In this document: positions 19,308 through 28,697 of the stretch, piece after piece
Position numbering within the stretch: position 1 is the first letter of the stretch
How the letters are laid out: each line of letters starts with the position of its first letter
NCBI GenBank assembly: GCA_017449065.1
Contig: JAFSKF010000019.1
Location: 56,952-120,951 of the forward strand
Length of the DNA: 64,000 nucleotides
Source of the DNA: Bacteroidales bacterium
GTDB lineage: Bacteria > Bacteroidota > Bacteroidia > Bacteroidales > UBA3663
Reading direction: 5' to 3'
The notes under the pieces: generated by a model
Database searches by the model: none
The model's input: the letters and a program-made list of their open reading frames with translations, nothing else
Told to the model about the DNA's origin: nothing
Position numbers and translations under genes: made by a program

Positions 19308-22166
19308 ATGAAAAGACTGTTTCTGATTCTGTGCATATTGCTGCCATTATTGGCAGAAGCCCGCGGTCGGCGTGTTTATACGCTCGATTCGGGGTGGCAG
19401 GCAGTTTGTTTTCCAGAAGAAAAAGCCCGTTACGGCGACAGTATTGTGCAGCATAACGTACAGCTTCCGCATAATTTCGACGATTATTTCGGTGCCCGCC
19501 AATTGCTGCATGGCAATCTGCATGGGGATGCCCGATACGATATAGAGTTTTCCCTGCCGTTGCCTTCCATGGAATATCTGGATCAGATGGGACTCCCGGC
19601 ATTGCACCACCGGCTGCGCATCAACGGAGCCGGTTCCTATCTCACGGTGGTGCTGAATGGCGATACGTTGTGTAGCCATCAACCGGCAGGAAGAGTAGTG
19701 ACCACCTTGCCGATTCGAAAACTCCGCTTTGGAAATAACAAGCTGACTATCATCTGTCACCACCCATCGCGTATCACCGATTTGCCTTGGGTTTGCGGAG
19801 GATGCAGCACGGAATGGGGATTTAGCGAAGGCAGCCAGCCTTTGGGGCTGTTCCGAAGTGTGGAGCTTGAAGAGTTTTCAGACCTCTGTTTCGATCCGTT
19901 TGGTGTCCATGTATGGAGTAATGCCGCGCACGATACATTGTTCGTCGAATCGGAATTGTCGAACGTGGGCGATAAGAATTACCGAAATGTTCAGCTGCTC
20001 GTCAAACTTCAGATGATTTCGCAGCCCGACAGCGTTCTGTCAGGACAGATGATAGAATTCAAATGCAAGCGCGGAACACAGAAGATCATTCGACAGGAGA
20101 TTCCATTACCGTTTAAACCCGAATCTTGGAGTCCCGGGCATCCGGCTCTTTATCAGGTTATCACTGAACTGTGGTGCTTTGATCCTATTAACAACAGACG
20201 CAGCATTTCTGACCGCGAAGTTACCGAGTTCGGTTTCCGCAACATTCAGTGGGGACGGCAGTTGCTGGTGAACGGCGAGTCTGTATTTGTGAACGGAGTC
20301 TGCGAGTACGAGCATGCTTTCGGCCATAGTCATGCGCTGACCGACAAGGAGATCGATGCCCGAATGCTACTCCTCTCTCGATTGGGGTATAATGCACTGC
20401 GCGAGGCGCATCAGCCTCATAACCTCCGGTACGTGCGCGATTGCAATCGCTTGGGTGTTTTGAACTGGACCCAGTTCTCAGCCCATATCTGGTACGATAC
20501 GCCCACATTTCGGGAGAATTTCAAGACCTTACTGCGACAGTGGGTCAAGGAACGCCGCAACAATCCTTCTATTGTTTTGTGGGGCTTGCAGAACGAAAGT
20601 ACGCTTCCTGTCGATTTCGCTCGCGAGTGTGCCGACATTATCCGCGAAATGGATCCCGAATCCGGACGCTTGGTTACGACCTGCAATGGCGGCTCGGGCA
20701 CCGATTGGAATGTGATTCAGAACTGGAGCGGCACCTATGGCGGCGATCTTTATAACTATGCTAACGAACTCAAACAGGATCATCAGCTACTGAATGGCGA
20801 ATACGGAGCATGGCGGACCTTGGGGCTGCATGATACACTGACCGTCTTCAACAGTAAGGCTCCGCATTCCGAAGAAAAATTTGCCCTCCTGTTGGGCAGC
20901 AAGATGCAGCAGGCAGAGTCTGTGAAAGACAGCGTATGCGGACATTTCCAGTGGTTGATGTATTCGCACGATAATCCTGGACGATGGCAACCGGACGAGG
21001 CATTGCGCCTTATCGACAAAGTCGGGCCTTTTAATTATAAGGGACTGTTTTCCCCATGGGGTCAGCCCACCGATTTTGCCAGAAGTCTTTTGCACGATAC
21101 ACTCGAACATTATGAGGTGGGCGAGAAAGCCGGTTGGTTGCTGCGTGGTACACCGGGTATGGTCTATCTGTACCGTTTGAATTGCGGCGGAGATTCGCTG
21201 ACCGACAGCCAAGGGCAGTTCTGGATGGGCGATGATACCCGCATCTCATCATCATGGGCGCAGCGAAAGGAGTTTGCTGCCGACAGCTTGTGTCCGGTGC
21301 TGGCTTCACAAGGTGTTACCGAAGGCCCTGTCGCTGTGGCTTATCCGGGCGAAATGCCATATCGGCTTCCGGATGCCGATCAACCCTTGGTTCGCACCTT
21401 CCGTTGGGGCAGGGGAGATCTGAAGTTTACGTTCCCTATCGATAAGACGGTGCCTTATAATGTCGAAATCTTCAGCGTGGAGCCTTGGTCGAATAGTGTC
21501 GGCCAGCGTTCCTACAACATTACTATCAATGATGTCGATTATGCCCCAGAACTGGATATTTATAGGGTTTGTAAAGGGCGAAACCTGCTGATCAGAAGTA
21601 CTATCAGACTCTCCAATCTCAACCAAGACTCTCTGATCATCAGTTTCCCACATGTGCAAGTGGGACAGGCGGTTGTTTCCGCTATCGCCATTTCCACCAT
21701 GGAAGAACTGGCGGAGCACGTTAATTTGCCCGCTTTGCCCGAAGAACCGGGTTATCCTTACTCGGCAGGACTGACATGGGCGGCTCTTGATACGATGGTG
21801 CTTGCTGTCACTCCGAAAGATTATTTTCCGAACCACGATACAGATCAGAACCAGGCGGTCATTCTGCTTCCCGAAGCGTTGTCCGACGGAAATCAGAAGT
21901 TTGTATTCTCCACCGGACTGGCACACGAATATGTGATGCGCTTCCGTTTCAAGAACGAAACCGGTGCCGATGTTCCTGCCTCTTGGGAACTGCGTAGCAA
22001 TACGGATAATCGTCTTATTGCCGACGGAAAAATCAGTTTCCCCGTTACACCGCCGAAGTTTAAGACCGTCAGCACCACAACGGGCAGTATGATCAATGCC
22101 GGCGACTACACGCTGATTGTAAAACCGGAACAGAAAATAGCATTTGAAAACCTCACGATAGAATAA
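19308..22166 (+). CDS. glycoside hydrolase family 2-like enzyme with a malectin-like domain
   Basis: Signal peptide, GH2 TIM-barrel motifs (WGLQNES, NGEYGAWR) and a later YRLNCGG motif typical of malectin domains. Confidence 0.75.
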   Translation: MKRLFLILCILLPLLAEARGRRVYTLDSGWQAVCFPEEKARYGDSIVQHNVQLPHNFDDYFGARQLLHGNLHGDARYDIEFSLPLPSMEYLDQMGLPALHHRLRINGAGSYLTVVLNGDTLCSHQPAGRVVTTLPIRKLRFGNNKLTIICHHPSRITDLPWVCGGCSTEWGFSEGSQPLGLFRSVELEEFSDLCFDPFGVHVWSNAAHDTLFVESELSNVGDKNYRNVQLLVKLQMISQPDSVLSGQMIEFKCKRGTQKIIRQEIPLPFKPESWSPGHPALYQVITELWCFDPINNRRSISDREVTEFGFRNIQWGRQLLVNGESVFVNGVCEYEHAFGHSHALTDKEIDARMLLLSRLGYNALREAHQPHNLRYVRDCNRLGVLNWTQFSAHIWYDTPTFRENFKTLLRQWVKERRNNPSIVLWGLQNESTLPVDFARECADIIREMDPESGRLVTTCNGGSGTDWNVIQNWSGTYGGDLYNYANELKQDHQLLNGEYGAWRTLGLHDTLTVFNSKAPHSEEKFALLLGSKMQQAESVKDSVCGHFQWLMYSHDNPGRWQPDEALRLIDKVGPFNYKGLFSPWGQPTDFARSLLHDTLEHYEVGEKAGWLLRGTPGMVYLYRLNCGGDSLTDSQGQFWMGDDTRISSSWAQRKEFAADSLCPVLASQGVTEGPVAVAYPGEMPYRLPDADQPLVRTFRWGRGDLKFTFPIDKTVPYNVEIFSVEPWSNSVGQRSYNITINDVDYAPELDIYRVCKGRNLLIRSTIRLSNLNQDSLIISFPHVQVGQAVVSAIAISTMEELAEHVNLPALPEEPGYPYSAGLTWAALDTMVLAVTPKDYFPNHDTDQNQAVILLPEALSDGNQKFVFSTGLAHEYVMRFRFKNETGADVPASWELRSNTDNRLIADGKISFPVTPPKFKTVSTTTGSMINAGDYTLIVKPEQKIAFENLTIE

Positions 22167-25100
22167 TGGAACCATTCGCACATTTACATGTACACACCGA
22201 ATATTCGCTGTTAGACGGACAATGTAAGATTGCCCGACTTTTTTCGAAGGCTGCTGCCGACGGCATGCCCGGCTTCGCCATCACCGATCACGGGAATATG
22301 TTTGGCATCAAGGAGTTTTTCGACATTGCCGCCAAAGAGAACGGTAAGCGCGAGAAAGAGGGACTTCCCCGTGTCAAGCCGATTTTCGGGTGCGAAGTCT
22401 ATGTGGCACGCAGAACCCTCCAACAGAAGGAGGGCAAAACAGATATGTCGGGCTGGCATCTCATCCTTCTGGCCAAAAACAAACACGGTTACCAGAACCT
22501 CATCAAGGCAGTTTCCATCGGTTGGGTGGATGGTTACTACATGCGTCCGCGTATCGACCATGATGTGCTTGAGAAGTATCATGAAGATCTGATTTGCTGT
22601 TCAGCTTGCCTGGGTGGCGAAATTGCAAAGAAGTTTGATTCGGGAGATCTTGAAGCTGCAGAGCAGGCCATCCTGTGGCACAAGGGACTGTTTGGCGACG
22701 ACTACTATCTGGAATTGCAGCGCCACAAGACCACCGATCCGCTTTACAATCCGGAATGCTACGAGAAGCAGGTGCCCTATAACAAGTTCCTGCAGGAAAT
22801 GTCGGCTAAGCACGGAGTGAAACTGATCTGTTCAAATGATGTGCATTTCGTCGATGAAGAGAATGCCGAAGCTCACGACCATTTGATCTGTATGAATACA
22901 GGTAAGGATTTGGACGATCCGACCCGTATGCGTTACACCAAGCAGGAGTGGTTCAAGACCACCGAAGAGATGAACAAACTCTTTGAAGATGTGCCGGAAG
23001 CATTACGCAACACCATCGAAATCGTCGATAAGTGTGAGGAGTATAACATCGAGAATCCGCCCATCATGCCGAACTTCGAGATTCCGGCAGCATTCGGAAA
23101 CGAAGAAGAGTATAGGCAGCGTTTATCCGAGCAGGATCTTTTCGACGAGTTCACCCGCGATGAGAATGGTAATGTAACGATGAGCGAGGAGGAAGCCCAA
23201 AAGAAAATCAAGAAACTGGGCGGTTACGAGAAACTCTATCGCATCAAGTTCGAGGCCGACTACCTGAAGCATCTCACCATGCGGGGTGCCGTGCCTTTGT
23301 ACGGCTCCGAGGAAATGCAGGCACGCTTCAAGGCCGATCCGGAGTCGGTGACAGATTTGGAGATACAGGAAGATCTGAAGCCCGAGGTATGGGAACGTCT
23401 GAAGTTCGAGTTGCACATCATGAAGACGATGGGTTTCCCGGGTTACTTCCTCATTGTGTCAGATTTCATCCGCGCTTGTCGTGAGGAAATCGGTGTTTCG
23501 GTGGGCCCTGGACGTGGATCTGCGGCAGGTTCTGCTGTTGCCTATTGTTTGGGTATTACCAAGATCGACCCCATTAAGTACGACCTCCTTTTCGAACGTT
23601 TCCTGAATCCGGATCGTATTTCTTTGCCGGATATTGATACCGACTTCGATGATGACGGGCGTGCCCGAGTCATCGAGTGGGTGCAGAACAAATACGGCGC
23701 CGATCGTGTGTCGCACATCATTACTTACGGCACAATGGCCACCAAGATGGTGATTAAGGATATGGCACGTGTGGAGAAAGTACCGATTCCTGTGGCTAAC
23801 CATCTGGCAGGACTGGTGCCTGACCGAATGCCCGAAGAGAACGGAAAACCGCTGAAATGTAATCTGAAGAATTGCATCAAGGTGGTCAAGGAGCTGGCCG
23901 ATGCCTGTGAAAGCGACGATCCGGCCGTTCGCAATGTGATGCGTCTTGGACAGATGCTGGAGGGCAATGTACGAGGAACCGGTGTGCATGCCTGTGGTAT
24001 GATTATCGGCCGGGATCCGATTGATACCGTTGTGCCGGTTTCGGTGGTCGATGATCACGGTACTAAGCTGTTGGTAACGCAATACGACGGACACGTCATC
24101 GAATCTACAGGTCTGATCAAGATGGACTTTCTCGGACTGAAAACCCTTGGTATCATCAACGAGGCTTTGGACAACATTAAGGAGACTACAGGCGAAGTTA
24201 TCGACATCGAAAAGATTCCGATTGACGATAAGGCTACTTACGAACTCTTCTCGTCAGGACACACCGTAGGTACTTTCCAGTTCGAGTCGCCGGGTATGCA
24301 GAAATACCTCAAGGAACTGCATCCCGACTGTATCGGCGATATTGTAGCCATGAATGCCCTATACCGACCGGGCCCGATGGATTATATTCCGTCGTTCATT
24401 GCCCGCAAAACCGGACGTGAACCGATCACATACGATATTCCTGTGATGGAAAAATATCTGAAGGATACTTATGGCATTACGGTTTATCAGGAGCAAGTCA
24501 TGCTGTTGTCGCGTCTGTTGGCCGACTTTACCCGAGGTGAATCCGACGCCTTGCGTAAGGCGATGGGTAAGAAGAAGAAGGACATCGTCGATGCCATGAA
24601 GCCGAAGTTCATTGAGGGTGGTGTCAGGAACGGGCATGATCCGAAGATTCTCGAAAAGATTTGGGGCGATTGGGAGAAGTTCGCTTCCTATGCCTTCAAT
24701 AAGAGTCATGCGGTTTGCTATGCTTGGGTTGCCTACCAGACGGCCTATCTGAAGGCACACTATCCGGCGCAGTATATGGCTGCCGTGCTTTCGCGGTCAT
24801 TGAACGACATTACGGAACTGGCGAAGCAGATGGACGAATGTCGGGCGATGGGACTGTCGGTGAAGGGTCCGGATGTGAACCTTTCTCGCGAACGCTACAG
24901 CGTGGATGCTGAGGGTGCTGTCCGATACGGTCTGGCAGGTATCAAGTCGGTAGGAGAGGGTGCTGCCGAAGCGATTGTAAACGAGCGCAAAGCAAATGGT
25001 CCCTATAAGAGTATATTCGACTTTATCGAACGTGTCAATCTCGGAGCCGTCAATCGCAAATGCGTCGAAGCTTTGGTGTATAGCGGCGCTTTCGATGGCT

Positions 25101-26131
25101 TGGGCAATTACCGGCGTGAGCAGTATCTGGCCAAGACCAAAACAGGCGAGTTGTTCCTCGATCAACTGGTGCGCTACGGACAGAAGTTCCGGGCCGAGAA
25201 GCAGAGCAACGAAGTAAGTCTGTTCGATGATCTGGAGGACGTGGTCATCGACATTATGCATCCTGCGGTGCCGGAGGCGGAGCCAATCAGCAGTCTGGAA
25301 CGTCTGAACAACGAAAAGGAGTATGTCGGCCTGTACCTGAGCGGACATCCGCTTGACGACTATAAATTCCAATTACAGTATGCTTGCAACACCACGATGG
25401 CAGAACTCGACAGCATACCGAATCCGCGTCGAGAAGAGATTGCCCAGGTTTTGGCTGCTACTTCCCCGCAGGAGCATGAACGCATCATGCGCCTGATGAG
25501 TAAAGAGATTGTTTGTGGCGGACTGGTCACCAATTGGCGTGAGGGCATGAGTAAGGCTGGCAATCCATACGGTGTCATTACGCTGGAAGACTATTCCGGT
25601 AAACACGAAATAGCCTTGTTTGGGCAGAGTTTCCCGCAATGGAGCGGCTACGGCAGGATCGGTATGTATTTGCTGATTCATGCCAAATATCAGCCGAAGC
25701 GTTTTGTGCGTAATCCGCAGAACTTCCTTGACTATGAATTCGTAATCGGCAAAATAGAGCAGTTGAGTGAGGTCGCAGATCGTCTGATTGAGAACTTTAC
25801 GGTGCTGATAGATCATCGCCATCTGACCGACCAGACGGTAAGAATGCTGAGTGATGAAATTATGCAGCAACAGGATAAACAGGATCAACGCGCGCCTTCC
25901 ACCTTGCTTTATTTCGAAATGTACGATGCCATCAAGAACTATCATGTTCCCCTGTTCTGTCGCGGCAAGAGAGTGCGTGTCAGCAGCGAACTGGTTGATT
26001 ACGTCCGGTCGTTAGACGGCGTGCAAGTCAAAATCAACAATCATTTGGTAGTTGATGAAGTGAAGGAAGAGCAGAATGAAGCCGATGAGACTTCGATGGA
26101 TGCCGATAACATGCCGTTGCCGGATGATTGA
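22166..26131 (+). CDS. dnaE: DNA polymerase III alpha subunit
   Basis: 1321 aa with a PHP-domain N-terminus (FAHLHVHTEYSLLDG), the palm motif PDIDTDF and an OB-fold C-terminal region. Confidence 0.97.
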   Translation: MEPFAHLHVHTEYSLLDGQCKIARLFSKAAADGMPGFAITDHGNMFGIKEFFDIAAKENGKREKEGLPRVKPIFGCEVYVARRTLQQKEGKTDMSGWHLILLAKNKHGYQNLIKAVSIGWVDGYYMRPRIDHDVLEKYHEDLICCSACLGGEIAKKFDSGDLEAAEQAILWHKGLFGDDYYLELQRHKTTDPLYNPECYEKQVPYNKFLQEMSAKHGVKLICSNDVHFVDEENAEAHDHLICMNTGKDLDDPTRMRYTKQEWFKTTEEMNKLFEDVPEALRNTIEIVDKCEEYNIENPPIMPNFEIPAAFGNEEEYRQRLSEQDLFDEFTRDENGNVTMSEEEAQKKIKKLGGYEKLYRIKFEADYLKHLTMRGAVPLYGSEEMQARFKADPESVTDLEIQEDLKPEVWERLKFELHIMKTMGFPGYFLIVSDFIRACREEIGVSVGPGRGSAAGSAVAYCLGITKIDPIKYDLLFERFLNPDRISLPDIDTDFDDDGRARVIEWVQNKYGADRVSHIITYGTMATKMVIKDMARVEKVPIPVANHLAGLVPDRMPEENGKPLKCNLKNCIKVVKELADACESDDPAVRNVMRLGQMLEGNVRGTGVHACGMIIGRDPIDTVVPVSVVDDHGTKLLVTQYDGHVIESTGLIKMDFLGLKTLGIINEALDNIKETTGEVIDIEKIPIDDKATYELFSSGHTVGTFQFESPGMQKYLKELHPDCIGDIVAMNALYRPGPMDYIPSFIARKTGREPITYDIPVMEKYLKDTYGITVYQEQVMLLSRLLADFTRGESDALRKAMGKKKKDIVDAMKPKFIEGGVRNGHDPKILEKIWGDWEKFASYAFNKSHAVCYAWVAYQTAYLKAHYPAQYMAAVLSRSLNDITELAKQMDECRAMGLSVKGPDVNLSRERYSVDAEGAVRYGLAGIKSVGEGAAEAIVNERKANGPYKSIFDFIERVNLGAVNRKCVEALVYSGAFDGLGNYRREQYLAKTKTGELFLDQLVRYGQKFRAEKQSNEVSLFDDLEDVVIDIMHPAVPEAEPISSLERLNNEKEYVGLYLSGHPLDDYKFQLQYACNTTMAELDSIPNPRREEIAQVLAATSPQEHERIMRLMSKEIVCGGLVTNWREGMSKAGNPYGVITLEDYSGKHEIALFGQSFPQWSGYGRIGMYLLIHAKYQPKRFVRNPQNFLDYEFVIGKIEQLSEVADRLIENFTVLIDHRHLTDQTVRMLSDEIMQQQDKQDQRAPSTLLYFEMYDAIKNYHVPLFCRGKRVRVSSELVDYVRSLDGVQVKINNHLVVDEVKEEQNEADETSMDADNMPLPDD

Positions 26132-26142
26132 TGTGAAGATGT

Positions 26143-26817
26143 ATGATGAAAGATAGTTATCTGTTTTGGCATCCTGCCGACTTGGAGCAGAAAGTCTTGG
26201 AGCTGGGTATGCTGCCTTTCTTCGAGAATGGTATTCCCGGCTTCAGTGTGGCCGAACATACGCCCAGCGAATTGTGGTTCAGCGATGAGGCGGACGGTCC
26301 TTGGGAATGGAAGGGACCGCTTATCCAGCTGGGACATTGTGCCTATGGCAAGTTCTTCAATCGGAAAGCCGGCTGGGTGTCGTTGGAGTGGTTGCCCGAC
26401 TTGCTGAATGTGCGTCGCGCTGCCTATCCTTTGCCTTCCGAAGATTCACAGCAGCCGGAGCGTCTGATTTACGAAGTGCTGACGATGGACCACGACGCCC
26501 TTTCGCGTGATTTGAAGCGGGAAGTGGGATTGGGCGGCATGAAACTCAAATCGACGTTCGAGAAATACATGGCAACTTTGCAGATGGGATTGTTTGCCTG
26601 CATTTCCGATTTCGAATATAACATTGACAAGCATGGTAACCGCTATGGTTGGGGCTTGGCACGTTATTCCACACCGGAAATGCTCTATGGAGCCGATTTC
26701 GTCCTCTCTGCCCAACGGGAACGCACGCCTGAAGAATCCTTCCAGCGTATCCTTACTCACATGCATCGGATCTTGCCCAATGCCTCAGAGAAGCAGTTGC
26801 TCAAACTGCTAAAATGA
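26143..26817 (+). CDS. conserved hypothetical protein, possibly AlkZ-related/YcaQ-like winged-helix
   Basis: 224 aa. The assignment rests on recollection of similar Bacteroidales proteins and no diagnostic motif was verified. Confidence 0.45.
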   Translation: MMKDSYLFWHPADLEQKVLELGMLPFFENGIPGFSVAEHTPSELWFSDEADGPWEWKGPLIQLGHCAYGKFFNRKAGWVSLEWLPDLLNVRRAAYPLPSEDSQQPERLIYEVLTMDHDALSRDLKREVGLGGMKLKSTFEKYMATLQMGLFACISDFEYNIDKHGNRYGWGLARYSTPEMLYGADFVLSAQRERTPEESFQRILTHMHRILPNASEKQLLKLLK

Positions 26818-26874
26818 AGGCAATGTGTTTACTCCCATAATGTGCTGTTTTTCGTAGCAAATATTGGCATTTTT

Positions 26875-26948
26875 CCAAAATCCCCAAATTTGCTGACTGA
26901 AGATTCATCTTTTAAGTAGTTTTTCTAATCAAGGGTCGCCGAGTGACT
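26875..26948 (+). repeat. imperfect direct repeat, copy A (upstream flank of the hip module)
   Basis: CCAAAATCCCCAAATTTGCTGACTGAAGATTCA... aligns with 28577-28641 (CCAGAATCACCATATTTGTTGATTGAAGATTCA...). Roughly three quarters of positions are identical by eye over the first 50 nt. Confidence 0.7.
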
Positions 26949-26963
26949 TTTCCTAGTCTTAGG

Positions 26964-27098
26964 CGAAAATGTAATGTTTAAAATTGCAAATTGCATTAGA
27001 AAGCATACAATATAATTAAACTTTTGCAATTTTATATTCGAAACAATGTAATTTGAGAATAATTTTGTATTTTTGCATCCGAAATAATATAATTTAGC
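26964..27098. promoter_or_regulatory. three operator-like direct repeats CGAAA(n)AAT(G/A)TAAT(G/T)TT upstream of the HTH gene
   Basis: Copies are at 26964-26980, 27039-27056 and 27080-27098. The last lies between the -7 box and the ATG. Confidence 0.45.
27068..27075 (+). promoter_or_regulatory. candidate -7 promoter box TATTTTTG for the hip-like operon
   Basis: Matches TAnnTTTG, 24 nt upstream of the ATG at 27099. Confidence 0.45.
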
Positions 27099-27302
27099 AT
27101 GGAAAAAACAAAATTATCGTCAGTTGTTAAAGCTTTGCGCAAGGAATATGGGCTTACCCAAGAAGACCTTGCCATGAAATCGGGAGTCGGGTTGTGCTTT
27201 GTGCGCAATTTGGAACAAGGGAAAGTATCGCTCAGAATGGATAAAGTGAACCAACTCCTCGACTTGTTTAATTACGAACTGACCGCAACGAAAAAGGTAT
27301 GA
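27099..27302 (+). CDS. XRE-family HTH protein (HipB-like)
   Basis: 67 aa with the HTH pattern LRKEYGLTQEDLAMKSGVGLCFVRNLEQGK. Its stop overlaps the next start (ATGA). Confidence 0.85.
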   Translation: MEKTKLSSVVKALRKEYGLTQEDLAMKSGVGLCFVRNLEQGKVSLRMDKVNQLLDLFNYELTATKKV

Positions 27303-27634
27303 GACAAGCCAAGATATACCGCAAAGGCATTTTTGCCGGCATCCTAACAGAAGATGGTGGTGAATATCGCTTCCGTTATGACAGTATGTATCTTGCACAA
27401 GAAGAAGCATTGCCAGTAAGCCTGACTTTTCCGTTGCAAGAAGAAGAGTTCGTGAGTCCTATTCTTTTCCCGTTCTTCGACGGGTTGATACCTGAAGGCT
27501 GGTTGCTTGATGTTGTCTTACGTAATACAGACATCAGTATTCTTGATCGTATGTCTCTTTTACTATTGTGTTGCAAAGAGTGTATCGGCTCCGTCAGTGT
27601 CGTTCCAATAGCTAATATAGAAGGTGAAGCGTAA
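27299..27634 (+). CDS. HipA N-terminal-subdomain protein (HipS-like)
   Basis: 111 aa. AKIYRKGIFAGILTEDGGEYRFRYDSMY...FPFFDGLIPEGW matches the HipA N-terminal 'couple_hipA' pattern, here encoded as a separate gene. Confidence 0.8.
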   Translation: MRQAKIYRKGIFAGILTEDGGEYRFRYDSMYLAQEEALPVSLTFPLQEEEFVSPILFPFFDGLIPEGWLLDVVLRNTDISILDRMSLLLLCCKECIGSVSVVPIANIEGEA

Positions 27635-28572
27635 TGTGTAAGTGTTTGTACTGCTATCAGGAATTGGAAGAAGGTCAAAAGGACTTTCATCCTCAATGTG
27701 TCAAAAAGTTCTTTGGAACAAAAGAACTACCGCTATTGGAATACCGGCAAAAAGAACTCGACCGACTGGCTGAGCAAGTAATCCGCGCTCAGACTTCACT
27801 AACTGGTGTTCAGCCCAAATTATCATTGAATCTCTCCAAACATGAAGGTTGCAGCCGGTTGACGGTCGTAGGTCTATGGGGCGATTTTATCTTCAAACCA
27901 CAGACAGATGACTATCCACAGCTGCCAGAAAATGAAGATTTGACTATGCATTTGGCCGAAGCTGCCAAGATAAATGTCGTGCCTCATAGCCTTATCCGAT
28001 TGGCAGATGGGCAACTTGGTTACATCACCAAGCGAATCGATCGTACGCAAACCGGAGAAAAAATCGATATGGAAGACATGTGCCAACTGACACTACATCC
28101 CACAGAATACAAATATAAAGGTTCATACGAACAGATTGCTAAAACCATCGTTCAGTATTGCAGCACACCGAAACTCAACCTCACAAACTACATGCAGTTG
28201 CTGCTCTTCTGTTTTGTCTCTGGAAATAACGATATGCATCTGAAGAACTTCTCACTCTATCGGCCTTATAAAGATTATCTGCTGACTCCAGCATACAATC
28301 TTCTCAATGTAGCTATTGCCAATCCCAAGGACAAGGAGGAATTAGCTCTTCCGCTTTCAGGGCGGAAGACAAAGCTACGTTTAGAAGATTTCCTAAATGC
28401 AGCCAAAATAATGGGATTGGATGAAAATGTGGTTCTTCATCTCATCGCCGGTCTTCAAAAAGCTCTTCCTAAGTGGCAGGAGCTCATACATGCATCATTC
28501 TTGAGTGAGGATATGAAAAACAGGTATGAAGAGCTCGTCATATCCCGACTGTCGCGCTTGCAAACTCTGTAA
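27634..28572 (+). CDS. HipA-family Ser/Thr kinase-like protein lacking the N-terminal subdomain (HipT-like)
   Basis: 312 aa with the P-loop-like SLTGVQPKLSL and the catalytic loop GNNDMHLKNFSL. The next conserved motif reads LTPAYNLL rather than PxYD. The N-terminus has the Cys/His cluster CKCLYCYQ...HPQC. TAATG start coupling. Confidence 0.8.
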   Translation: MCKCLYCYQELEEGQKDFHPQCVKKFFGTKELPLLEYRQKELDRLAEQVIRAQTSLTGVQPKLSLNLSKHEGCSRLTVVGLWGDFIFKPQTDDYPQLPENEDLTMHLAEAAKINVVPHSLIRLADGQLGYITKRIDRTQTGEKIDMEDMCQLTLHPTEYKYKGSYEQIAKTIVQYCSTPKLNLTNYMQLLLFCFVSGNNDMHLKNFSLYRPYKDYLLTPAYNLLNVAIANPKDKEELALPLSGRKTKLRLEDFLNAAKIMGLDENVVLHLIAGLQKALPKWQELIHASFLSEDMKNRYEELVISRLSRLQTL

Positions 28573-28576
28573 AATT

Positions 28577-28641
28577 CCAGAATCACCATATTTGTTGATT
28601 GAAGATTCAAATTTGAAATAGTTATTTCCTATCGAGTGAGG
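28577..28641 (+). repeat. imperfect direct repeat, copy B (downstream flank of the hip module)
   Basis: See copy A. It starts 5 nt after the hipT-like stop codon. Confidence 0.7.
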
Positions 28642-28697
28642 GTGATAATTTTGTTTGAACAATAGTACTAATTCATTTCTTTTACATAACTGTAATT

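Noticed and set aside
21306-22181. 291-aa ORF on the minus strand
   Set aside because: It is antisense to the 3' end of the GH2 gene.
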